Below, piece after piece: positions 37,859 through 46,623 of a stretch of 62,569 bases of DNA (position 1 is its first letter; each line of letters opens with the position of its first letter). Location of the stretch: assembly GCA_902520595.1 (NCBI GenBank), contig CABYOM010000003.1, positions 1 to 62,569 of the forward strand, written 5' to 3'. Both the position numbers and the translations under genes were made by a program. Under the pieces are notes generated by a model. That model saw nothing but the letters and a program-made list of their open reading frames with translations. It had not been told where the DNA came from and made no database searches. Source of the DNA: an uncultured Candidatus Poseidoniales archaeon. GTDB taxonomy: Archaea > Thermoplasmatota > Poseidoniia > Poseidoniales > Poseidoniaceae.

Positions 37859-39052
37859 ATGGCTCTACGTGATGATTTTCCTATCCTCAAGCGTGAAGTC
37901 AATGGTTTCCCATTAATCTATTTGGATAATGCTGCTACAACGCAGAAGCCACAAGTTGTCTTGGATGCAATGAATGATTACTATACCTCATCAAATGCGA
38001 ACGTTCACCGAGCAGTTCACACACTTGCAGGTGAAGCGACCGAAGGATATGAGGCATGTCGCCAACGATTGAAGAATTGGTTCAATGCTGAACGTGCAAT
38101 TCTTACAAGCGGGACAACAGAAGCAATTAATTTAGTCGCCCATGCATGGGGTCGCGCTAATTTGGCTGAAGGTGATGTGATTGTTTTGACTGAAATGGAG
38201 CACCATTCTGATATCGTTCCTTGGCAAATGTTATCGGAAGAGCGAAAGGTTGAGTTGAGGTATGTTCCTGTTCTTGAAGATTTTACACTCGATATGGATG
38301 TTTATGCAGCATCTCTTGAAGGTGCAAAACTCGTCTGTGTCGTTCATACATCCAATGTTCTCGGTGTCCGCAACCCCTTAGAGGAAATTATCGAACTCGC
38401 CCATTCTAACGGGGCACTGGTTTTGATTGACGCAGCCCAAGGCGTGCCTCATGAACAAATCGACTTCATCGAATCGAAAGCCGATTTCATGGCTTTTTCA
38501 GCACACAAGATGTGTGGCCCTACTGGAATTGGTGCACTGCTTGTAGATGCTGAAGTGTTTGAAACAATGCAACCCTTCATGGGTGGCGGGGATATGATCG
38601 AAACGGTCACTATCACGGGCTCGACTTATCAAACAAATGAGCATAAATTCGAAGCAGGAACACCTCGTATTGCTGAAGCTATCGGCTGGTGTGCAGCATT
38701 TGATTGGATGTCGAATCTGGATTTGGAAAAAGAGCATGAACGATTGATTGCCATAGCCCGCTGGGTCGCAGAGCAATTACGCGCAATGGATATTCCAGTG
38801 TATGGCCGGCATGGTGAAAAAGACAGTGCTGTCGTGTCTTTCCTCCATCCCTCTATCCACAGTGAAGATTTAGCTCATCTTTTGGATTCTCGCGGATTTG
38901 CAGTTCGAACCGGCCATCATTGCGCTCAGCCGTTGCTGCATCGGCTCGGCATTAACGGAACTGTTCGCGCCTCCTTTTACTTGTATAACACCATGGAAGA
39001 AGCAGAACATTTCGTTGCGCAACTCAAAGAAATTACGGAGAGGTTTGGATGA
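37859..39052 (+). CDS. sufS: cysteine desulfurase, SufS subfamily (group II)
   Basis: Motifs YLDNAATTQKP, PLP-lysine FSAHKMCGPTG, and active-site RTGHHCAQP. GAGGTGA precedes the start. Confidence 0.9.
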   Translation: MALRDDFPILKREVNGFPLIYLDNAATTQKPQVVLDAMNDYYTSSNANVHRAVHTLAGEATEGYEACRQRLKNWFNAERAILTSGTTEAINLVAHAWGRANLAEGDVIVLTEMEHHSDIVPWQMLSEERKVELRYVPVLEDFTLDMDVYAASLEGAKLVCVVHTSNVLGVRNPLEEIIELAHSNGALVLIDAAQGVPHEQIDFIESKADFMAFSAHKMCGPTGIGALLVDAEVFETMQPFMGGGDMIETVTITGSTYQTNEHKFEAGTPRIAEAIGWCAAFDWMSNLDLEKEHERLIAIARWVAEQLRAMDIPVYGRHGEKDSAVVSFLHPSIHSEDLAHLLDSRGFAVRTGHHCAQPLLHRLGINGTVRASFYLYNTMEEAEHFVAQLKEITERFG

Positions 39053-39459
39053 CTTATCCTGACGCTTTATCCGAATTAATAGAAGAGTTCCAAGAAGTCG
39101 ATGATAAAATGGAACGACTTGAAATGGTTTTTGATATGGCGGATGAAGTCATTCCTTTCCCTCTTGAACAATGGACGCAAGAGTCCAAAGTGCAAGGCTG
39201 TCAATCCGAAGCGCATGTGCACGTTGAACTGCAAGATGGCAAAGTTCTCCTGCTTTCAGGAGCAGATGCGAAATTGGTTCAAGGTTTGATGGGCATCTTG
39301 ACGCTTGCTATCAATGGCAGTGCCCCTGCCCAAGCATTACTTCTTTCGCCAGATTTCGCTGAAGAGATGGGCGTGCTCAATTCGCTCTCTCCAAGTCGTT
39401 CCAATGGATTTAGAAATATGTTCGATAAGGTAATGGCAGAGATTCGCAATTTTGTATGA
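39049..39459 (+). CDS. sufE: cysteine desulfuration protein SufE
   Basis: Conserved VQGCQSEAHV active-site Cys loop. ATGA overlap with sufS. Confidence 0.8.
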   Translation: MTYPDALSELIEEFQEVDDKMERLEMVFDMADEVIPFPLEQWTQESKVQGCQSEAHVHVELQDGKVLLLSGADAKLVQGLMGILTLAINGSAPAQALLLSPDFAEEMGVLNSLSPSRSNGFRNMFDKVMAEIRNFV

Positions 39460-39468
39460 GGTGTTTGA

Positions 39469-39786
39469 ATGGTTGAAAAGCAAGATGTGTTAACACAGTT
39501 GGATGAAGTGGAAGATCCGGAATTGGAGTTATCCATCGTCGAATTAGGCCTCGTTTACGATGTCCGTTTTGAAACGAAAGACGAATTGATGCATGCGGAA
39601 ATTGACTTGACCCTCACATCGCCTGGTTGCCCTGCAGCACCTGAGATAATGGCTGCAGCCCACCGAGCAGCACTGCAAACAGAAGGACTTGAAAGTGTTC
39701 ACATCAATCTCGTGTGGTCACCTCGCTGGGATCCGAAAATACACGCTACAGAAGATGCCCGAATGGACATGGGCATTTGGGATTAA
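39469..39786 (+). CDS. DUF59/MIP18-family Fe-S assembly protein (SufT-like)
   Basis: DPELELSIVELGLVYDV and LTLTSPGCPAAPEI. Confidence 0.75.
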   Translation: MVEKQDVLTQLDEVEDPELELSIVELGLVYDVRFETKDELMHAEIDLTLTSPGCPAAPEIMAAAHRAALQTEGLESVHINLVWSPRWDPKIHATEDARMDMGIWD

Positions 39787-40902
39787 TCAGCGTCGAACAA
39801 CAATGGTAAGTAAATCTCCATCCTTGAGAAGATGGTCTAAACCAACCCTTTGCCAATCAAATTTTGCGCTCGGTCCTTTGACACGTGCATACCGGAACTT
39901 CCGCACGAAGTCTCTGTGCAGTTTGTTACAAATGTGTTGTACTGTTGAGTCATCTTTGACGATGAGCGGCTCTTCTAAATCAGCATCTTGGCCCTGAGGT
40001 TTGAGATAAACCCTCATGAATCCAAGGTTGTCATAAATGAAATCTTTTAGTTCCTCAAGGCCAATGTCCTTGAATGCAGATATACGCATAACTGGCCAAT
40101 CAGCAGGAAGAGCTTTGCGTGAACGGACGATTTCTTCTTCGCTCGCAATGTCGATTTTGTTGATGGCGATAACTGCTTTTTCATAGATTCTATTTTCGGC
40201 TAAACAATCAACAATTTGTTCCGCTGTGGTGTCGTTTCGAAGCGTGACAATTGCCGACGTGTATCCGAAAGAGCGTATGATTTCGCTCATTTCTTCATGA
40301 CTGAGATGGGTTTGTTCGACCGTTGTCCGGACATCAATTCCACCTCGCTCAGTGCGTTTGATGAAAACTGGAGGCTTTGTTTCATTAAGCCTTAATCCGG
40401 CATTATGCAGTTCACGATGAAGGACATTGAAGTGCGCATCTTGGAAGGGGTCAACAATATACAATACCATGTCTGCACTTCGAATGACATTGAGAATTTC
40501 TCTTCCTCTACCTTTCCCTTCTGCCGCACCTTTGATGAGACCTGGCAAATCTAAAATCTGAATTTTGGCTCCACGGTGCTCCATTACTCCAGGGATACAG
40601 GTAAGTGTGGTAAATGCATAACCAGCCGCTTCAGAGTGAGCGTCAGTCACTTTTGAAATCAAAGTTGATTTCCCCACTGACGGAAATCCTACTAAAGCGA
40701 CGGTAGCATCACCGGACTTCTTCACCTCAAATCCTTTGCCGCCACCACTTGCTTTTGAGTGAGCGTGTGCTTTTTGTTCTTTAATTTTCAACTGGGCAAT
40801 TTTTGCTTTCAGTTTTCCAATGTGCGCATTCGTTGCTTTATTTTTTTGCGTTTTGTCAATTTCAGCGCGGATCAATTCGATCTGCTCCTTAATTGTCGCC
40901 AT
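39787..40902 (-). CDS. DRG-family (Obg-like) GTPase with a C-terminal TGS domain
   Basis: G1 GFPSVGKSTL, G3 DLPG, G4 NKID, and a TGS-like C-terminus. The start is at MATIKEQ (40902); the ORF is open to 40980. Confidence 0.85.
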   Translation of the reverse strand: MATIKEQIELIRAEIDKTQKNKATNAHIGKLKAKIAQLKIKEQKAHAHSKASGGGKGFEVKKSGDATVALVGFPSVGKSTLISKVTDAHSEAAGYAFTTLTCIPGVMEHRGAKIQILDLPGLIKGAAEGKGRGREILNVIRSADMVLYIVDPFQDAHFNVLHRELHNAGLRLNETKPPVFIKRTERGGIDVRTTVEQTHLSHEEMSEIIRSFGYTSAIVTLRNDTTAEQIVDCLAENRIYEKAVIAINKIDIASEEEIVRSRKALPADWPVMRISAFKDIGLEELKDFIYDNLGFMRVYLKPQGQDADLEEPLIVKDDSTVQHICNKLHRDFVRKFRYARVKGPSAKFDWQRVGLDHLLKDGDLLTIVVRR

Positions 40903-40970
40903 AACAAAGCCCCATGTGCATCGGGTAAACCGTTCTTCTTCAATGCTCTTCTCTTGAGTAGGTAGATTGA

Positions 40971-41714
40971 GTGCTTTCAATTCTTCGTTTTCAAGCCGAT
41001 GACATCAAACGAGACGGCCTTTTGGATCAAAATATGGGCATTGATATGGTTCTGTTAGTTGTCGATGAACCGTGTTTGAAGAATCTGCTTCAGCAACCAT
41101 GGAATCTGCTTTATCAGGGAATGGAAAAGGGTCAGTTTCGAGACCAAAGGCCGGCCTATGATTCGAGACTACAGCGGGCTTTTGACATTGATTGCGAAGC
41201 TGAGATCCTTGATTGGATTGATTCAATTGAAGTCGAGACAACGGGTTCAGTTCTTGAAGTTCTCAGATCCTTACCTGAAGGTTCGCAAGGACTTCTCCAC
41301 CTCATGGAATGGGCAAGTCCGGGTGCATGGGAAGTTTGGGAAGGCCGAGCCTTTCTCTATCTTGATGTGGCACTTAAAAGAACGATTTCGAGCAGTGAGG
41401 ATTTGTATGACGAAGAAACCTGGAGCCAACTGAATCAACTACTCAATGGTCTACCAGAAGAAGAATTTTCTGAATCGGTTTGCTTGGACTGGATGGATCG
41501 CCGTAAAGTGCTTGGTGAAACGCTTGATGAGAATGAAGACCCAAAGATAGTGCCGACCTTTGAAGCACATGACCGTTCTTCACGTGGGTTAGTCTACACC
41601 ATCACTCTTTGTAACAGTTCACCTCACCTCCTGGGAATTCTTGGAAGGGAGCACATGAAGGCGGACCTTTGGGGGCACGGTCGGTGGAATCTTCGTCAGT
41701 ATCTCCTTGATTAA
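40971..41714 (+). CDS. hypothetical acidic protein
   Basis: ORF only, lying 40 nt upstream of grpE on the same strand. Confidence 0.3.
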   Translation: MLSILRFQADDIKRDGLLDQNMGIDMVLLVVDEPCLKNLLQQPWNLLYQGMEKGQFRDQRPAYDSRLQRAFDIDCEAEILDWIDSIEVETTGSVLEVLRSLPEGSQGLLHLMEWASPGAWEVWEGRAFLYLDVALKRTISSSEDLYDEETWSQLNQLLNGLPEEEFSESVCLDWMDRRKVLGETLDENEDPKIVPTFEAHDRSSRGLVYTITLCNSSPHLLGILGREHMKADLWGHGRWNLRQYLLD

Positions 41715-41753
41715 TCGAGGGGTTCAAAGACCACTTCCGTAACGCATAACATA

Positions 41754-42332
41754 ATGGGTGACGAATTACCTTCTGAAGAGCCTGAAGAAAACATCGGTGA
41801 CGCCGATGATTCGATTCCCGTAATTGAAGAGGGTATGGAAACGCTTGACCTCGGTGAAACCGTCGAAGTTGAAGTTTTAGATCCGTTGGATGAAGCACTG
41901 TTGCGTGCTGAAAAAGCAGAAAAGGAAATCGCTTACAAAGATGCAGAAATTCAAAATGTTCGTAAACGTCTGATGGCGGAAAAAGCAGAACTCATTCAAT
42001 ACAGTGGAATGGGTCTTGCTCGCCGGATGCTCACTGTTCTTGGTGATGTTGACAGGGCTATCGATAACCTGGACAAGGATGATTCATCCGCTGTTGCTCA
42101 AGGATTAAGATTGTTGAGAAATAAGATGTGGCACGAACTTTCTGCTGATGGTGTTACGGCCATTGAGGCAAAAAGTCAACCGTTTGACCCAGCGAAAATG
42201 GAGGCGATTACGACCATACCTGCCTCTGAAGCATATCCGTCTGGCAGTGTTGTCGATGTTTTAGAATCGGGCTACATGTACAAACAACGAGTTCTTTTGG
42301 CCGCACGAGTCGTCGTAGCCTCAGAAGAATAG
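41754..42332 (+). CDS. grpE: nucleotide exchange factor GrpE
   Basis: Acidic N-terminus, coiled-coil YKDAEIQNVRKRLMAEK, and a C-terminal FDPAKMEAI...V..GY pattern. Confidence 0.85.
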   Translation: MGDELPSEEPEENIGDADDSIPVIEEGMETLDLGETVEVEVLDPLDEALLRAEKAEKEIAYKDAEIQNVRKRLMAEKAELIQYSGMGLARRMLTVLGDVDRAIDNLDKDDSSAVAQGLRLLRNKMWHELSADGVTAIEAKSQPFDPAKMEAITTIPASEAYPSGSVVDVLESGYMYKQRVLLAARVVVASEE

Positions 42333-42371
42333 TTCCACAAGATTCTTGTGTGAAGATGTTTTCATGAGAGT

Positions 42372-42620
42372 ATGGTCAAGAAACTCGCAGGTAAGGCTGC
42401 CGGGGCTGCAGGAAATGCCGCAAAGAAAGCGGCTAAGTCAGCAGCCATTACTGCAAAGCGTCAGGTTATCGATGAAGTAACCAAACCCGTCAAAGACGCT
42501 GCTAAAGAAAAACTCTCAACTGTAGCATCTGGAATTAAAGCAAAGACTGAGGAAAAAATGCAGAAGGTCGCCAAGGAACAGATGAAAAAACAGGTAAAAA
42601 AGAAACTGTTCAGAAAATAA
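42372..42620 (+). CDS. small lysine/alanine-rich basic protein (hypothetical)
   Basis: 82 aa with AAKKAAKSAA-type repeats. Coding status is plausible but unproven. Confidence 0.35.
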   Translation: MVKKLAGKAAGAAGNAAKKAAKSAAITAKRQVIDEVTKPVKDAAKEKLSTVASGIKAKTEEKMQKVAKEQMKKQVKKKLFRK

Positions 42621-43172
42621 TTATCCTGCATGAACTCCAGTTTCAAACGTCGAAAGGCGGAACAAGGCATCGTGTTCTATGAGCCATTCAATGACCGCTT
42701 GCGGGATACTCGATTTGAGAACCTCTCGAATAGCCTCATCATCATACACCGTGGAAAGCATTTTTGCTGTTTGTCGAACTCTCCATCCTTCAAGTTGTTC
42801 ACGTTGCTGCATTTCAGGTTCAGTAACTTCGTAGCCAGCATCCCGATACAATTGTGCGGTTGGTACATCAGAAGTCACTAGGATTCCATCGCCGTGAGTT
42901 TTGCGGGCATGTTCAACCCAATTAGGCGGGTCATTGATGTCATCAATCCCGACAATTTCTACAGCGAGATTTTCACTCTGTGACCATGCTTTAATCATCG
43001 CTTTTCGTTCATCTGCAGTCCAAGGATTGGTTGGCTCCCATCCAGCCTGTTGTGAACCAATTGCGATGACTACCTGATCATCTTCTCCAACATGTTCGTA
43101 AGCAGCTTTGACCAAATACTCATGGCCCATGTGAAAGGGTTGAAAACGTCCCAGGACAATATATCTGGTCAT
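42621..43172 (-). CDS. nadM: nicotinamide-nucleotide adenylyltransferase, archaeal type
   Basis: GRFQPFHMGH (HxGH) at the N-terminus. The size of about 180 aa is typical. Confidence 0.85.
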   Translation of the reverse strand: MTRYIVLGRFQPFHMGHEYLVKAAYEHVGEDDQVVIAIGSQQAGWEPTNPWTADERKAMIKAWSQSENLAVEIVGIDDINDPPNWVEHARKTHGDGILVTSDVPTAQLYRDAGYEVTEPEMQQREQLEGWRVRQTAKMLSTVYDDEAIREVLKSSIPQAVIEWLIEHDALFRLSTFETGVHAG

Positions 43173-43181
43173 GTATTCACC

Positions 43182-44366
43182 TCATGCGAAATAAGAATCA
43201 ACATCGAGATCAGGAAGAGATAATCCAAATGATTTGAAACAGTCAATCATACGTCTGCATCCTTCAACCATTTCCTCGACTGGAGTTTCACCCATGGAAC
43301 CAACTCTGAACATTTTACCCTTCAAATCGTCTTGAGCGCCAATGACTTGGGTATTGTAATCATCCTTGAGACGAGACCTCCAACTGTCATCGATGCCTTC
43401 AGGATAGAGTATTGCAGTCACTGTATTGCTGCGTTGGCTTGAATCAGCAAGCAGTTCAAAACCGAGGTCTGAAAAAAGGTTTCGAACACCACTCGCCATG
43501 TGTTCGCATCGAGACCATCTTGCCGAATTTGTCTCTTCTCGCAATACCTCAAGCGCAGCACTCCAACCCATTGCCAAATTGATTGCAGGCGTCCAGGGTG
43601 TTTGATCATCAGACCCCTTCTTCAAAGCAGAGACTAAGTCCAGGTAATAATTTGGATTTGAATCACCCTGTTCTCGGATTGCATGTACTCGCTGGATGAA
43701 GTTGGAATTGATGGCGATAGCAGCAATACCAGAAGGCCCTGCAGTACATTTTTGCGCTCCTACGACAACCGCTTCTGCATTCCACTCAGTTGGATGAACC
43801 GGCATACCTCCCACTGAAGTAATTCCATCCAGAATAAACGAAGTTTTGTGTCGAGCGCACATCTCTGCGATTGCAGCAGCGTCTTGTGTAATACCAGTAC
43901 TTGTTTCGTTATGGCAAATCAAAACAGATTCGTAGCAACCGCGTTCCAATTGCTGTTCCAATTCATACAAATCAAACGCCCTGCCCCATTCGTATTTGAG
44001 GTGCTTAACATTGCAAAATCGTTGGCAAATCTCTGCAACACGTTCACCGAATTTCCCATTGGTTGGAACCAGTACTAAATCGTTTGAGCGAAATCTGTTC
44101 GCTATGACCATCTCCATTGCGGCGGTGCCGCTGCCAGAAACCACTACGACCTTGTAATCGTCATCACCCGCCCACGATTCAACCCCTCTCAAAGGCTTTG
44201 AGGGTGCTAAATTGAATGCGTGTCGTAGACCGGAATTCAGTTGTGCCATTACGTCGCGATATTCTGTGCCACGGGCGGTGATTACTGGAGATCCGAGTGC
44301 ACTGAGACATGGTTCCCCCATTCGAACTGGACCCGGGACAAGAAAACAGTCGCTACTGGGGTCCAT
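43182..44366 (-). CDS. class V aminotransferase (serine-pyruvate / alanine-glyoxylate / phosphoserine aminotransferase-like)
   Basis: LVPGPV N-terminal motif, SGSGTAAME, and PLP-lysine context VVGAQKCTAGPSG. The start is at MDPSSD (44366). Confidence 0.8.
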   Translation of the reverse strand: MDPSSDCFLVPGPVRMGEPCLSALGSPVITARGTEYRDVMAQLNSGLRHAFNLAPSKPLRGVESWAGDDDYKVVVVSGSGTAAMEMVIANRFRSNDLVLVPTNGKFGERVAEICQRFCNVKHLKYEWGRAFDLYELEQQLERGCYESVLICHNETSTGITQDAAAIAEMCARHKTSFILDGITSVGGMPVHPTEWNAEAVVVGAQKCTAGPSGIAAIAINSNFIQRVHAIREQGDSNPNYYLDLVSALKKGSDDQTPWTPAINLAMGWSAALEVLREETNSARWSRCEHMASGVRNLFSDLGFELLADSSQRSNTVTAILYPEGIDDSWRSRLKDDYNTQVIGAQDDLKGKMFRVGSMGETPVEEMVEGCRRMIDCFKSFGLSLPDLDVDSYFA

Positions 44367-44480
44367 GGTTATTGCAACGCATGGAGGTTCTTCAACTGCA
44401 TGGCATGCAAACCTCTTCTGTTGAGGTTTCAATCAGGCCTTCGTCGTCGAACTCTTAGGGAAGTGCCCCTAGGGTTGACC

Positions 44481-45167
44481 ATGGTGCGTGTTGGCCTTGC
44501 TATGCTTCAAGGTGCGCGTCATGAGCATGTCCAAGCGCTTACCGCTGCTTCTAAGCAGCTTGGTGTAGACATTGAAATTGTAGAATTACGCACGGGCAGT
44601 CAAGTCGATGACCGCCTTGATTGTCTCGTTTTACCGGGTGGTGAATCGACTGCTATGCGCAAGGCGAGCCAAAGTGAATCTCTACTTTCGGCTTTGTTTT
44701 CATGGATGGAAGAACATCCCCAACGCCCAGTTCTGGGGACCTGTGCCGGAGCTATTATACTGGCAACTCCAGGTGGTAGTAATCGTTCTTTGCTCCGTGC
44801 GGAAATTTCCAGAAATGCCTGGGGTCGTCAGCGTGACTCGTTTGAAGCAGGAGTGGCACTTTCTTTCGAAACACCTGCAGGAGGAGATTTTTCTCCCAAC
44901 AAAGCACCTCGAGATCAATTCAATCACCAACCCCTTCCTGTGGGCGAAATGGCACAAAGTGAACATGAAGAATTATTCCCAGGTGTATTCATTCGTGCTC
45001 CTCGCTTTGTTCAGTCAAGTGTTGGTTGTACTCCAGTGGCCTTCTTGGGGGACGAAATCGTAGGCGTTCTCGACGGGCAGCGTCTCGCCCTCACCTTCCA
45101 TCCTGAACTCACGAACGATTACCGATTCCATCGGTGGCTCATTCATCAGTCATTTTTGACAAATTAG
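44481..45167 (+). CDS. pdxT: pyridoxal 5'-phosphate synthase glutaminase subunit PdxT
   Basis: Motifs VGLAMLQGARHEH, LPGGESTAM, active-site GTCAGAI, and FHPELT at the C-terminus. The start is at ATG 44481. Confidence 0.85.
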   Translation: MVRVGLAMLQGARHEHVQALTAASKQLGVDIEIVELRTGSQVDDRLDCLVLPGGESTAMRKASQSESLLSALFSWMEEHPQRPVLGTCAGAIILATPGGSNRSLLRAEISRNAWGRQRDSFEAGVALSFETPAGGDFSPNKAPRDQFNHQPLPVGEMAQSEHEELFPGVFIRAPRFVQSSVGCTPVAFLGDEIVGVLDGQRLALTFHPELTNDYRFHRWLIHQSFLTN

Positions 45168-45214
45168 GCAGTAAATCAAGCGAGGGGTTGAAACCTCAAT
45201 GGTAACAGGGTTGG

Positions 45215-46309
45215 TTGAGTTCAATGACTGTGTCTTTGCCAATGGCAACCGAAATCCTTCCCGCAGAAGTGGGTGAGGCAGAAGGATGTGTGCAATGTCA
45301 GCAGGGCAGTAAACTCGTTTTATTCGTCACAGGAAAGTGTCATTGGGGCTGTGATTATTGTCCTCTCTCTGAGAACAGAAAGGAAACCCCCGATATGTTT
45401 GCCAACGAACGACGCTGCACTTCTTGGGATGAAGTGATTGAAGAAGGTCACGCTATGCGGGCAACAGGAACTGGAATTACGGGGGGAGACCCTATGCTTG
45501 ATATGGAAAAATCATTAGAGGCGGTTCTCCAACTCAAAGCAGCATTTGGCAAGGACCATCACATTCACTTGTATACCTCGATACCATTTCAAACCCATCG
45601 AGCAGCAGATTTTGGAGAGGCAGGTCTTGATGAAATACGTTTTCACCTTTTAGATGGGACTTTGAAGAAATATCTTCCCACCATACAGGCATGTTCTGAT
45701 GCCGGTATAACTGTGGGAATTGAACTTCCGTGTGAGCCAGATAAAGAGGAGCAATTATTTGCTCTTCTCGCAGCACTTCATGAATCTCCAGTGGATTTTC
45801 TTAATTTGAATGAATTAGAAATTACCGTTGGTAATCAAGAGAACATGGATGTTCGAGGATTCAATCTAAGTGGCGGTATTACTGCAGCAGCAGAGGGTTC
45901 TGCTGAATTGGCACAGCGCCTCAAAGAGGCGGCGAAAGAGTTGAATTTCCATCTAAAGTTTTGCTCTGCGCGTTACAAAGACGCAGGACAACTTCGAGCA
46001 CGCTTCCGCCGCAGAGGACAAGCAAATCTTCGACCATATGAAGTTTTGAGTAACGACGATACCATCTTGTTTGGCTCAATTCCCACATCGCTTGAACATG
46101 CGTCTGAAGACGTGGCAGAACTGCGAGAGGAGTTTGGTGTTGCCGAGGGGTGGATTCGTTACAATGCAGAGCGTCGTCGAATCGAATTGCCACTTTCGCT
46201 TGCTGAAGAATTAGCAGACATTGTTGAGGTTCCAGTTCATCTTATCGAGGTCCATCCGACGCATGACCGGCTGGAAGTTGGCTTGGTTCATTTGAACATT
46301 TATCGCTAA
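45215..46309 (+). CDS. radical SAM protein (PflA-related, COG2108-like)
   Basis: CxxxCxxC cluster GKCHWGCDYCP and GGDPML. TTG at 45215 or ATG at 45224. Confidence 0.75.
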   Translation: MSSMTVSLPMATEILPAEVGEAEGCVQCQQGSKLVLFVTGKCHWGCDYCPLSENRKETPDMFANERRCTSWDEVIEEGHAMRATGTGITGGDPMLDMEKSLEAVLQLKAAFGKDHHIHLYTSIPFQTHRAADFGEAGLDEIRFHLLDGTLKKYLPTIQACSDAGITVGIELPCEPDKEEQLFALLAALHESPVDFLNLNELEITVGNQENMDVRGFNLSGGITAAAEGSAELAQRLKEAAKELNFHLKFCSARYKDAGQLRARFRRRGQANLRPYEVLSNDDTILFGSIPTSLEHASEDVAELREEFGVAEGWIRYNAERRRIELPLSLAEELADIVEVPVHLIEVHPTHDRLEVGLVHLNIYR

Positions 46310-46326
46310 CCTGTTTCAAGGGGAGT

Positions 46327-46334
46327 CTTATAGA
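46327..46334 (+). promoter_or_regulatory. candidate TATA box for tRNA-Val
   Basis: CTTATAGA is centred about 30 nt upstream of the mature tRNA 5' end. Confidence 0.3.
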
Positions 46335-46361
46335 GACGTGGCTTTACGACCGAATACCTTA

Positions 46362-46437
46362 GGGCTCGTGGTCTAGGGGTTATGACGTCGCCTTCACATG
46401 GCGAAGATCGCCGGTTCAATTCCGGCCGAGCCCACCA
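46362..46437 (+). tRNA. tRNA-Val (anticodon CAC), 3' CCA encoded
   Basis: Hand-folded: acceptor GGGCTCG/CGAGCCC, anticodon stem TCGCC/GGCGA with loop TTCACAT, T arm GCCGG-TTCAATT-CCGGC. It is 73 nt plus CCA. Confidence 0.9.
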
Positions 46438-46623
46438 AATACTTCAGCGGAATTGCTCCAGCCAAGAATCTTTGAGTAAATGCAAGTATTCTTCGGCGCT
46501 GGTTCAATTCATCTAAGCCGACAAATCTATTCTCCGATGAAAATATATGTTTAAGAGATTACTCATACTTGTTTTTAGGGTGTCCTAAACTTTAGATACT
46601 ACCTTCATTACCCCACCACCATC

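Noticed and set aside
44241-44480. N-terminal 80-codon extension of pdxT.
   Set aside because: It overlaps the divergent aminotransferase gene. PdxT homology starts at MVRVGLAMLQG (44481).
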